From assembly GCA_965203295.1 (NCBI GenBank), contig CBDBCZ010000016.1, positions 1,152,001 through 1,216,000 on the forward strand: a stretch of DNA of 64,000 nucleotides, written 5' to 3'. Of the stretch, positions 44,933-55,732 are shown piece by piece (within the stretch, counting starts at the first letter, position 1; each line of letters opens with the position of its first letter). The DNA is from Nitrospirales bacterium. GTDB taxonomy: Bacteria; Nitrospirota; Nitrospiria; Nitrospirales; UBA8639. The notes beneath the pieces were generated by a model. That model saw only the letters and a program-made list of their open reading frames with translations, did not search any database and had not been told where the DNA came from. Both the position numbers and the translations under genes were made by a program.

Positions 44933-45251
44933 GGAGCAGTCAGCTCCGGACTGTGACCTTGTATGTTCAGGACCAGGGAGGGCAACTTGGTTTGGCAACT
45001 GCCACGGTGGTCTCGGACAGTATGGCCTAGGATCCGTCCGCTTCCTCCCTTGATTCCCAAAGCCTGACGCACTAAACGATCCAATGACGAGCCCCTGTCA
45101 TGCCTGTACCACAGCGGATAGGCGCCCGACGGGCTGAAGGCTTGGTCAGCTGGAACGACACTGCCCGTTCGCTTCGTGCTTTAACGCGGCAGTTGTCACA
45201 TGGCCTAGGGTCCCGTTGGGGACAAGATCCGAGGGTTGCCCATTTTTTTTT
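44933..45251 (+). ncRNA. Candidate structured Pol III-type ncRNA of unassigned family (5' end uncertain, 44933-44980)
   Basis: GC-rich intergenic island with nested stems: GGGCAAC 44980-86 / GTTGCCC 45235-41; TGGCAACTGCC 44993-45003 / GGCAGTTGTCA 45188-98 (G-U); GGATC / GATCC; several hairpins. A T9 run follows at 45243-51. PSE-like and TATA-like tracts lie upstream at 44871-44916. Confidence 0.55.
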
Positions 45252-45414
45252 ACATTTACTAAGCTTTAATAGTCTCGTTCCCGCCCCATGCCCGGCCCAC
45301 AATCAAGGTGATCATGACGTATTTACAGCTATTTTAACCCCGTGTACATCAATGGACGTTCCGACATCCTTGTTAGCCGGAGAGGAATATCACTTCAGCG
45401 CACAAACTGCAGTC

Positions 45415-48400
45415 ATGCTTACCCCATCCTTTGACCTGAAGCAGGACGATGAGTTCGTAATTCTCAGCATCAGAGTGCCCTACGTCAAGGTAGGAGGAAC
45501 TGCGCGCTACAAACAGCAGATGTGTAGCTACATGTACAAATAGAGATAGCTGGATGGATAGATAAATCAGTTTAACAGGAATTGTCCCATCAATCAAGAG
45601 GCTAGTCTATCTGGGAGTCCTGAATTAGTCTCGCGTAGGCGAGAGTCTGGCTATGCGAGACTAGTCCGAATACCATACTATGGCTATAATTTAGACAAGA
45701 GTGTAGGTGGCATCAATGGTATAAATGGAGTCTACGTACATGTATTTCATACGTTTAAATTGCACCGGTGCTCTGCTGTCACAGATCTCAGAAGCAGAGT
45801 TCTACATCCATGGGAAAGATTTCAAGTTCTACTGTAAGCCGTACTTTCTGAGGTACGTCAGCAGAACAGCTATAGAGCGGTTGCAGCTATTCTGTATTAA
45901 ACAGCCCTTCACTTTGAAGATGGGTACATAGAGTCGAGAGTAGAAATCAAATTTTGGGCACACATGGTCAGTTCAATGTTTTCAGTACCAATCAGTTCTT
46001 TATTAGGAAAGTCAATTTTAAACTTTGCTGTTATACATACATATCTTTGCCTGCATGTGTCCACCAAAATCCTAAGAAGAAGCAGCCCAGATATATCACT
46101 GCTAAGAATCAGTGGATCCGTGAGTCTTTTTGATGCCATGGAAAACTAATTTACACTCAGCCCTGTATCTTGGTAAGTATGGCACTCTCACAGCTGCTTT
46201 AAATTAATTAAATTTCCCAAATATCAAACTTACATGTTTGTTCAAAATTTGATATCTACTTTCGACTGCCACATTCATCTATTACACTTTCAAAGGTGAA
46301 CATATACATCTGCACAGGGCCTAGATATAAGCAACTAGGAGAAGGGAGCTGCATATTCGCAAACGGCCACACTCATTACAAATGGCTTATGGATACTGGT
46401 CTAGAGTACATACATACATGCATATCTTATTGGATGGACAACCGTCCAAAATCACTGGATATTGTACGAATCTGGAATCTGTGAAGTATTTGGGCGAGTC
46501 CAAAGGATGAGCCATGATGAGTCCAATATCCAGTGATATTAGCACCACCATGATTATGTCTTGTTCATCAAGCCAACCAGTATCACTGAATACATTGGAC
46601 GGTTTACTTCATAGGAAATACTATACATAGTGATGCATGCTATAAGTACATGTACACTAGTACATAATCACAGTCCTTGGGGCATCCTGTCGGTGTTCAA
46701 GTTGCAAATGAAACTACCAGACTATGACCATATCACCATGGTGTGAGTAACCAGCGATTCTACTCTCTAATCTGTAGGCTTCACTTTCCTGAGGAACTGG
46801 TAGAGGATGGCAGGGAGAAGGCGTCTTATGATGTTGACTCTGGTAAGCTTAGTTCTCAGACCACTCTCTTGTCAGATGTAGATACATGGCCTTGGAACAA
46901 TTATAACATGTACATTGCCCAACTGTTAATGTACATTACCAATGCAACCACTTTTTCCCACGCTTATAGCACTCAAAGGAGGCCACACACAGGGATCATT
47001 GCTATACCAATGTACATTAAATCAGTAAAAGGTCAGTTTGGGTGAGGGGTTAAACTCCTCGGCTTGCCTTAGACTTTAAATTCCCCTCACCCAAACTGAC
47101 ATTTAACTATTACTTAATAGGCAGTTGTTCTGCGAGATTGTGCAATTGAAAACAGTAGTGTACTTGTACATGTACATGCAGAAAAAGAGCTAGGTTGGTT
47201 GCAATATATACCTCCACAAGGCCCTGTAGTTTATTTGCATTTGAACAGGGCAGTGTGAACAGATTTACAACTGAAATTTGCATCATTTTGCAACTGGGAA
47301 GTTACTGTACATTGAATTGATTAAAGCTGTCTGAGTAATTGGAATTTATTTGTTAGGGTTCTGTAATTTCCCTATACATTCCTGCTACGCATGTCATTGA
47401 CAGGCATATAGGAGCCTCCCAACAGGTCCTTATTAAGGTTTGCTTGTGTTGCTTCCATCCTGCAGCTGTCATTGTTGTCCACCTGTCGAAATGCAAACGT
47501 GGCACGCACTTTGAGAACCTCGGTATGCTGACCACCCTGCTCTCCAAGAAGCCTTCCAAGGACCTTTCTAAGCTCTCCAGTAGACCACTCATTGAGACAG
47601 TTGGAGGCAAGGAGTTTGTCGAGTGTTTCTTCGAATTCTAGTCTCACTCCCAGGATTCACTCCACAGCTATTTTTTTTTTGCACAGTGTAAAACCAACAG
47701 CATGATATGCTCCTACACATATCTGTATAGTAGGGCTTCTTGTGTGGGGTCAGCCTGAGTGTGTGCATATGCCAAACATGCATAGTGGAGGTGCTATGAT
47801 GAAGAATCAGTGATGGAGATGTACATGTCTGCACAACAAAGTAGACATAGCAGTGTTGAGGAATACAGTCAGACCCTACATTCCTCTCTTCTGCACTGTG
47901 GACTCTGCTCAGTCCGCCACTAAAAACTATTTGCTTCCTTTAGAGAGTGCTGAAGGAGCCACTGCTACCACTGCTACTGATGAAAACGAAGAGTTTGATT
48001 GGCAAGTAGATCAAAAGCTACCTGATGAGGTACACAATGCAGAGTGAAACTGCTCTGTATTAAATGTATATGATGGTGACCTGGACTAACCATCACTGAT
48101 TGCTGTTTACTATGCCATTGCATTCACCATTTTGAAGTTTAGCAAGTGCTATGGATACTAGTCAATATTTTACATTACTAAAATGTGGCCAGCATGTTTG
48201 AATTTTTCAGTCACCTTGCTAGCTTCTCTGGCTGGATGGGCTCCTGCCTCTACACAGTTTAACTAAAATGATTATATCCGCCAACTATATGTACTCTGTG
48301 TGTGTGTGTGTGTGTATTGACATGCACCCTTGCCAGCTTTGCTGCCGTTATATGTAGAGGTTTACTATAGTTACTCCCACTGACAATCACTGTTGAACCG

Positions 48401-51400
48401 CTGCAAGGAATGACAATTACTTTTCACAGAATACTCACATTTTGCTATGTACTTGCAGGAAAACAAATTGGTTGGTGCTCCCACTTACGGGTTCGCGTGC
48501 CAGCACACAGGTGTCTTCTCTAAGCTTCAGGTGAGGTATTATGCTGAAAACTTTTAGTGGGAGATCAGAGGAGGTACGTCAGCATCACGTGCTAAGAGGC
48601 AACTATACACATGCCCCGTAAGTATATCGAGCTATTTTACTTGGAAGAGAGGATCTGTGCGTTTGTGCTTTACTTTTCGAGAGGTATTCCAGCTAATGAC
48701 TGCTATAAATCAGCAGTCAATACTTTCTACCATCACTGAAGGCATCTACCGTATTTCTGGTGAGTGGCTAACCGTTATACTCTTGCAGTTCAGCCCGATC
48801 TTTAGGTCCATGATTTTTGCCTTCAAAAAGTAAGCCTTTTGAGCGGCTGAGCCCCTCTGAGCCCCCGGCAAAATAGCGAGAAAATCAAGGTTTTAGCTGC
48901 CAACTGCACTTGTACGCATGCGTAATAGCTAAAAGAACGCAATTAATCGTGCACGCTAGTGCATGACGTAATGCATAATTCAAACCTTGACGTACCCTCC
49001 TCTGGTGGGAGATATTACATTCCCACTTGGGCCTTACCCACTGGGTGTATATACCATCATGTATATTTGTGTTTTTTCACAGTTTTATCTCCACTGTAAA
49101 ACTCCACTTTTAAGGAGTAGCATTAACTACAACATCGCAAATTTATACACTGGAGGTCCCACGGGTTATAATTTTCATATTGTTTTTCAGGTTGTTGTTT
49201 GAGTTTCGGGTGTTGCATGCACATACAGATTGGATTGTTTTCTTTATCACGAAGATATTTCCAATACAGAAGCATCGTTAATGTTTGTATTAACTAGTAT
49301 GAAATTCTGTCTTTAGGAGGAGATTCCAAGCATTGTGGACTGTCCTGACCCGGATCACATGACCTCACATGAGAGGAGGGTGGCCAGAGTGGCACATGAG
49401 GAGGCCAGCTTTGACCCAGAGTACTATCTGTAGGTCGTGGATCCTGAGGCACTTGTCAATGAGGATTGTGTGACATGAGTAGCCTCGTTCCCTGCAAGGG
49501 ACAAAAGCTGTGCGGAAGCCTGGGAACGAGGCTATGACATGAGTACATAGAATTAGAATGCCTTCCTCGCGCCCATTTATCTTGCAATCGTGTTGAAAAG
49601 TCTGGAAGAATTTCTTGCAACATCACAGGTATAAATACTTTTTCTGAGAAGGACAAACTGAGCAGGCAAGCTTCTAGGGACAGACAGGACTTGAGCTGCA
49701 ACCAAGAACACGAAAAAAATGGAGTTTATCAGCCAGTCATCCCTGGTCTCTGCTCTCAGTCATAGCTATAGAAAGCAAATGTGGGACTCTACATCTATTC
49801 ACCATAAATCACAAGTCAGAACCTTGCAAGCAGTACACCAGCTCCACGTGTTTGCGATTTATGACTTTTTTCAACTGAGCTGAAGTAGTTTCCATGTCAG
49901 CTATGCACATCACGTACAAAGATCCTTTCAGGCCTCACTTTATTATTTTTCTTCACATGTGAGATAAAACCTGGGCCTGGCCCGGTTTGAGGCTAGGCTC
50001 ATTCATGGATGGTAACGGTTATCATTGCCACACTGCATGCATGCATCAATACACTACTTTGTTTTGCTTCCTAGTGTATGCTGTTCAAAAATATGAAGCA
50101 AGCACATGTAACTGCTGGCTTGCTCTAGCCTCAGAAACCTGTGGCCCAAAGAGGAAAGAGTAGCACATTTTGTGTTACTGTGCATGATGGTACGTAGAAG
50201 TACATGGGAAACAAGAAGTGTTCAACCGAGTTTCATTCAATGTAGAGCATACCCTATATACTTGTGTGTTAGATGGACTGTGGTGTTAGATATGCATGAT
50301 GTGCAGGATTCACGTGTGTGGTTTCCTGCATACTGCAGTGCTGACCTGATGGACAATGACTGCATTGAGAGTCTTTTGAAGTTTCGGCCACCTTGGAAAG
50401 AGGAACTGGAGAGATGGAAAAAACAGCAGTCAGAGGTCTCACCACCCTGCAAGTAAGAGCATATCTGAGTATGTTATGAGCACTGTAGAACATTAAACTA
50501 TATTTCTGCAGGCCTCCCTTAGAGCCAAACCAGAGTATATGTGAGTCCGCCTACTACATGGAGTGTCAATGGCTCCTGGCTCTTGTAATGTCTCTGTATT
50601 ATTTCTTCAGTACCATTTTCAGCTGAAGAAAAGGAACAGCTAAAGGACCTCCCTAATAAAGATTGTATCTTTTATTCTTCATTGCTCATCATCGTGTAGC
50701 CATTGCTGTGTGCATGGGGTACGTACTGTATGTTTATTGTCCTTAACTCCAAGCGCATAGACCTCCTAGACAAAGCCATGAAGAGAGCTCTCTACCTCGG
50801 GCTAGTCGACATCATATTCGCATATGCATATAACTATCGTACCAACATGGGAGAGAGCAATGTAAGGGAAAGTTTGAACTTGAAACAAAATTTATGTTCA
50901 AGTCATAGAGGCTTTGAGCACAAGTGTCGTATGGCAGTATGAATATTGATTGCAGTGCTCTTTTTTTTTGAAAGGTGGAGTCAGCATGGACTGTTTGCAA
51001 AATGAGTTCAACTCTGTCATGGCTTGAGGTATACATTCCCATATACATTATTGTCTCGCTAAATTAAAGAATACAAATAACTAATAGACTCAGGAGTGGG
51101 TGGCAAAAAAAAGGTGTGAGGGATCCGAAGGCCTGAGTACTAGGCTATATTGGTATTTTTAAAAGACAAGTTGGTTTATTGCACTATGCATATAATCCTA
51201 TATCATCAAATATCAGGTATTCAGGGGCAGTGTGCATGAGGTGGCGTACTGCAGCCTGAGGCGAACCCTCTGCTACCCTCTCTACAGACACTGGCAACTG
51301 GCACTAACAACACTGCAGGACACAAGGGACATCTTCCATCTTGGTAAGAGACCGGTATATATCACAAGTCATGTACACACACTAGTATAGCTGCTCACAC

Positions 51401-52541
51401 CAAATATCATAGATAAACATGCACAAATAGACATTCCCTTCCCCCAGTGATTGAATTCCTGGACTAATTAGAAAGCCGTGGCAGTGTGGCTTCAGATTGA
51501 GTATGGCATTGTTTTAGTTCACTAGAAATGCTATAATCCTCAATGCTAGCAATAATTAGGCTAAGTGTCTTAGTTCTGTATTTTATCCCTCACAAGACCT
51601 GATACCCATGCAGTGTATATACAATGAGTCTCAATACTTGACACTAATTCTTTCCTAAGTATATAAACATTGTGTACTCATGTACATAACTCTTATTGGA
51701 TGACTGTTTACTACATGCATGTTGTTAGGTCGCAGGAAGCTTCTGCAGTGTTTGCTTTCTCTGCATCGGCTCCTTGGATCAACTGAGCCCTACTACATCC
51801 TAAACAACCTCTACATCACTGACTACTGCATCTGGATCCAGAAAGCAAGGTTCGTATATCTATACACTTGTATGTGTTTAGTGTTTACACACATGTGGTT
51901 TATCTCTACAACGTGTAGCTCCAAGCAAATCCAGGATTTAGCAAGTGAATTAGATGAAGTAAGATATCAGTTTATAACATACCTATTTAGGTATTTAGTC
52001 ATTTAGTCCAATGTCTATCTACCCATAGGTGAAGATTGCTGTCTCCTCCATTGGCTGGGACCTAGTAGAACTAGAGCAAGCAGCACATCTGGTTGCCGCT
52101 GAAGAGAAAGAGGGGAGGCAGTCGACTAATCCAATAGGTTTCTCAAACAGCCAAGGAGCATCAGAAGCACTTCATGAAACTTCTGAGGCTACTATGGAAG
52201 ATGTCAAAGAGCTGGAGCCCAGTCCTTCTATGGGAGCTCACACCAGTGACCATATGAGTGCAGCTACATGTGAGTGTTGCCGTGAGCAGTCAGTTGCTAG
52301 GCTGGAACCCACTGTGCAGGCACTAAGTGTTGGACTGGAGAAGCTCTTGACGCTCAACCCTTCTGCCAAGAACTCTGATTTGAGCTGTGTGTGTAGTACG
52401 CCACTGATAGAAGAACTCCACCAGCAGTCAGACACGACCGACTCAGATTCATCAAGCGACAGCAATAGTCTAAGCAGTGACAGTGAAAGTTCAGAGTCTG
52501 ATTCTCAGCCTGCCCATCATGCTGATTGTTGTAAAACATAA
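45415..52541 (+). CDS. SHQ1: SHQ1, H/ACA ribonucleoprotein assembly factor
   Basis: Exons 45415-45489 (MLTPSFDLKQD..IRVPYVK), 45785-45852 (FKFYCKPYFLR), 46778-46842, 47466-47606 (HFENLGMLTTLL), 47944-48029 (EEFDWQVDQ), 48459-48530 (YGF), 49317-49429 (FDPEYYL), 50339-50452, 50512-50540, 50611-50664, 50761-50861 (LVDIIFAYAY), 50975-51028 (VESAWTVCKMSSTLSWLE), 51217-51343 (RRTLCYPLYRHW), 51729-51849 (YYILNNLYITDYCIWIQ), 51919-51958, 52029-52541 (acidic tail with PLIEEL). Confidence 0.93.
50665..50760 (+). other. U12-type (minor spliceosome) GT-AG intron in SHQ1
   Basis: 5' site GTATCTTTT; branch site TCCTTAAC at 50740-50747, about 13 nt before the acceptor AG; no polypyrimidine tract. Removal restores PNKD-Y-LLDK. 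Confidence 0.8.
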
Positions 52542-54701
52542 TAGCTTAAACTTGCTATCAAATATATGTCATTGTGGTCCTTGCGGAAATTTTGGTGGTA
52601 GCGTGCCAGGTTCCATACTCATATACATGTATATAGATATATACATGTACATGTACCTGTACCTGTCACGCAATTTAACTTCCAATACAGGGTCAAGGTA
52701 GTCTATCGAGCTAGATCCTCCTCCATGTAAAGCTTGAGGAAGGTCTAGCAGAAGTTATTAATATTCAGGACTACAGCTCGATAGAGTAGGGTCAAAGATT
52801 CTGTGTATACATGTACGTAAAGCTATGGGTGCATGCATGTCTTAGCTATAGGTAACCCTGGCCCTGAGTACTATGTATCTGAAACCATTGAGAGCGTCTT
52901 AGCCACTCTATAGCTAAAGGCCCTCAAAGATCTGGACAGCTGTCGTCCTACGTAGCTTAAATCTGTGCAGCTGCTCTCTGATCATTTCTGTGAAATGAGT
53001 ATAATCATAATATTGTACATTATGCTATAAAGTCCAGCGAGGCCTTTATTATATTACACAAAAAGCACCATAGCCAGCTATAATACATGTCGCCTCCTGC
53101 CAGACCCTACTCACTTGTGCTGGAAAATGTTAATTCTGCCTCTATGCATGTACAACAAAGTTGAAAGCATGCCTTTACTATACAATGTGAAACACAGCAA
53201 GGACTCAGTGACATCATTACTTTATATAGAGTTTGTTTACTCTCCTGGGCACAATGTAGCCAGAATTGTGACGTTGCACATGCAGCGTCACGCTGAGTGC
53301 TGACACTAATAGTCTACAATCATGAATAGCCTTGTACCCAAACGCCCATACAAACTTCACGTGGCTGTGAATGCTGTTGTACTTTCATAAACCGTGAAAG
53401 CTGCGCTGTGTGTCGAAACTATCATGGAGTACGGTAGTACTCCATATGTAGGGTGGCCCCTAAAAAAAATGGCTTCCCCATCAAATGTGTACAAAATGAC
53501 ATGTTCAGAACTCTGCTGTAGGCGTAGTCTAGGGCGAATATGAGCCCTACCAGTTATTATAAGGCGTTTTCATCACTAATCAGACTGTTAGCGCTACTAA
53601 AGAGTATCACTTAAGTACCAAACCGGTAAGTAGCAAATCGGGCCCATTCGACTATCTTCTGATTCTGATTCTTCTTCCGCCAGGCTAGCGCAATAACGGC
53701 TCAGGCGATCACAATGATTCAAGCACGAAGACGCTGGATATTCCCTGGGGTATTGCACTCGCAGCATAGCGTTTTCAAAGAAACGAATAGGTTCGGCAGT
53801 GATTCACGAGTACTCTCGAGCGGAAGCTATTCGCGTTACACCATTTTGTTACATAAATATTACGTAACCGGAAGCTCAACCACGAGGTCTTGCGGTTAGC
53901 GGTACGGCAAAACTGACCTTCCAGTTCGGACCTTTATGAGCTTAACTGACTGCAAGCTGGACGGTCCTTTGCGTTGCACTTGTTGCTATTCTTGGAATTA
54001 CAAGGTACCGTGAAGCATGCCGAATATGCGAAAGAAGAGAGCCCAGAGTAAGTGTTACTACATCCAAAACCGTGTGTTTGCTGATATAATTTCTTGGAAT
54101 TGCAAGGTACTTTGCATGCAGTAAGCTTATGCCTAATTGAACAACTCAGCCTATCAGCATGTACAGAGAGCCTGTGCACTTCCCATATTTGATGACAAAT
54201 GGCAGATGTATAGTTGCCAATGAAATCAGCAGCTCTGAATATGCAGGCAGTATTAAGGGCCAGCAGCCTGTGAAATGGCACTGTAGCTAATAGTGAGTGC
54301 AACACAGTCACTGAAACAGAAGTAGCTGCCATAGTTCACCTCAAGCCGGCATTAATTTTGAGGATGCTTCTCACCCAGTATCATTCCACTCGTACCAACA
54401 CGCTTGCATACTTCCACACATCTGCAAAACTATACATCACAACACTTCTTTATACACAATAAAACACTTCCTTCTCAGTACACGTACATCCTTGTACAAA
54501 CAATCCAAACTCAGAAATCTCCCAAGAACCACACCATCAATCACAACAGCAGTCACACAATCCTCAATGGAAAAAACACATTATACAAAATGCAATTCAC
54601 ACCACAGCACAACTACCTACCTGCCAACCCCACTCGTAACATCAACACTCCATAACACTCCAAACCCTTTCATGCCATCTCCCAAAAAAACGCCCCAAAA
54701 C

Positions 54702-55654
54702 AAGTTACAGAAAAAGCACTTACCAAAAAGTGCAAAAACCAGTCATGTAGGGATGCACTTCCAGCAAAAAACACTTCCCCAAAAACCAACGAAACAAGCA
54801 ACAATGCACACCAGAAGGCATGCACAGCCTACCCACACATCACAGCGCGATGCATTTACCACGTACCTACCATCCCTACATCTTTCCAACCACACCCACC
54901 ACAAACCATACCACACACCCATACGCAACACCCTTCAACACACACCACCATCCACAATCATCACCATCCTCAATCGTGATACCACAACCACCCTCGCATC
55001 CACATCCACAATGATTACATTCACAAAACACAACACCCCACGCTACAGCCAACCCACACCTCCACAGCAACACTACTCCCATGAAAACCCAGTCCGCTCC
55101 ATTAATCCCACTCACAAGCACAAACCACACTCCCAATGAATATATCAACGCAGCAAACCTTCACACACCAACACGAACACACCACATTTAACTCCACAAC
55201 TCCCAATCTAGCCAAACACTTGAACCCACATCGACCTCCCCTATAAAGAACATCCACACACACCACAACACTCAACCATGCATCTCCAAACACTCCCAAA
55301 CCCCTATACAAACACCACCCTCAACCACTCACTTGTCCAACATTTACATATAATCAACACTTTCACCTACCTTCCACAACCATGCGCCAACACACTCACT
55401 CATTAGCAACAGACACTACATGTACCACTATTCCCATCTCACATAGACACCATTGGAGGGGTGTGGTTGGAAAGATGTAGGGATGGTAGGTACGTGGTAA
55501 ATGCATCGCGCTGTGATGTGTGGGTAGGCTGTGCATGCCTTCTGGTGTACATTGTTGCTTGTTTCGTTGGTTTTTGGGGAAGTGTTTTTTGCTGGAAGTG
55601 CATCCCTACATGACTGGTTTTTGCACTTTTTGGTAAGTGCTTTTTCTGTAACTT
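54702..55654. repeat. 196-bp near-perfect inverted repeat within and flanking a G-poor, CA-rich tract
   Basis: 54702-54897 is the reverse complement of 55459-55654, with one mismatch seen. The spacer and upstream sequence (about 54380-55450) are strongly G-depleted on the plus strand. Confidence 0.9.
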
Positions 55655-55732
55655 TAATATTATAGTGCTCGGTACATTAACCGAAGCTATTGTATAACTA
55701 GCTATTTGTGTACCAATTCAGCATTTGCGATA

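Noticed and set aside
44933..45251. Firm assignment of the ncRNA candidate as SRP RNA, RNase P/MRP or telomerase RNA
   Set aside because: No SRP helix-8 CAGG/AGCA motif, no intact RNase P/MRP CR-I and CR-V, and no CUAACCCU template; only partial resemblances.
54404..55311. Thr/His/Pro-rich ORFs (e.g. 54492-55139, 215 aa)
   Set aside because: Explained by G depletion making stop codons rare; no recognisable domain. A faint Cys pattern (CKNQSC) is too weak to call a GIY-YIG remnant.
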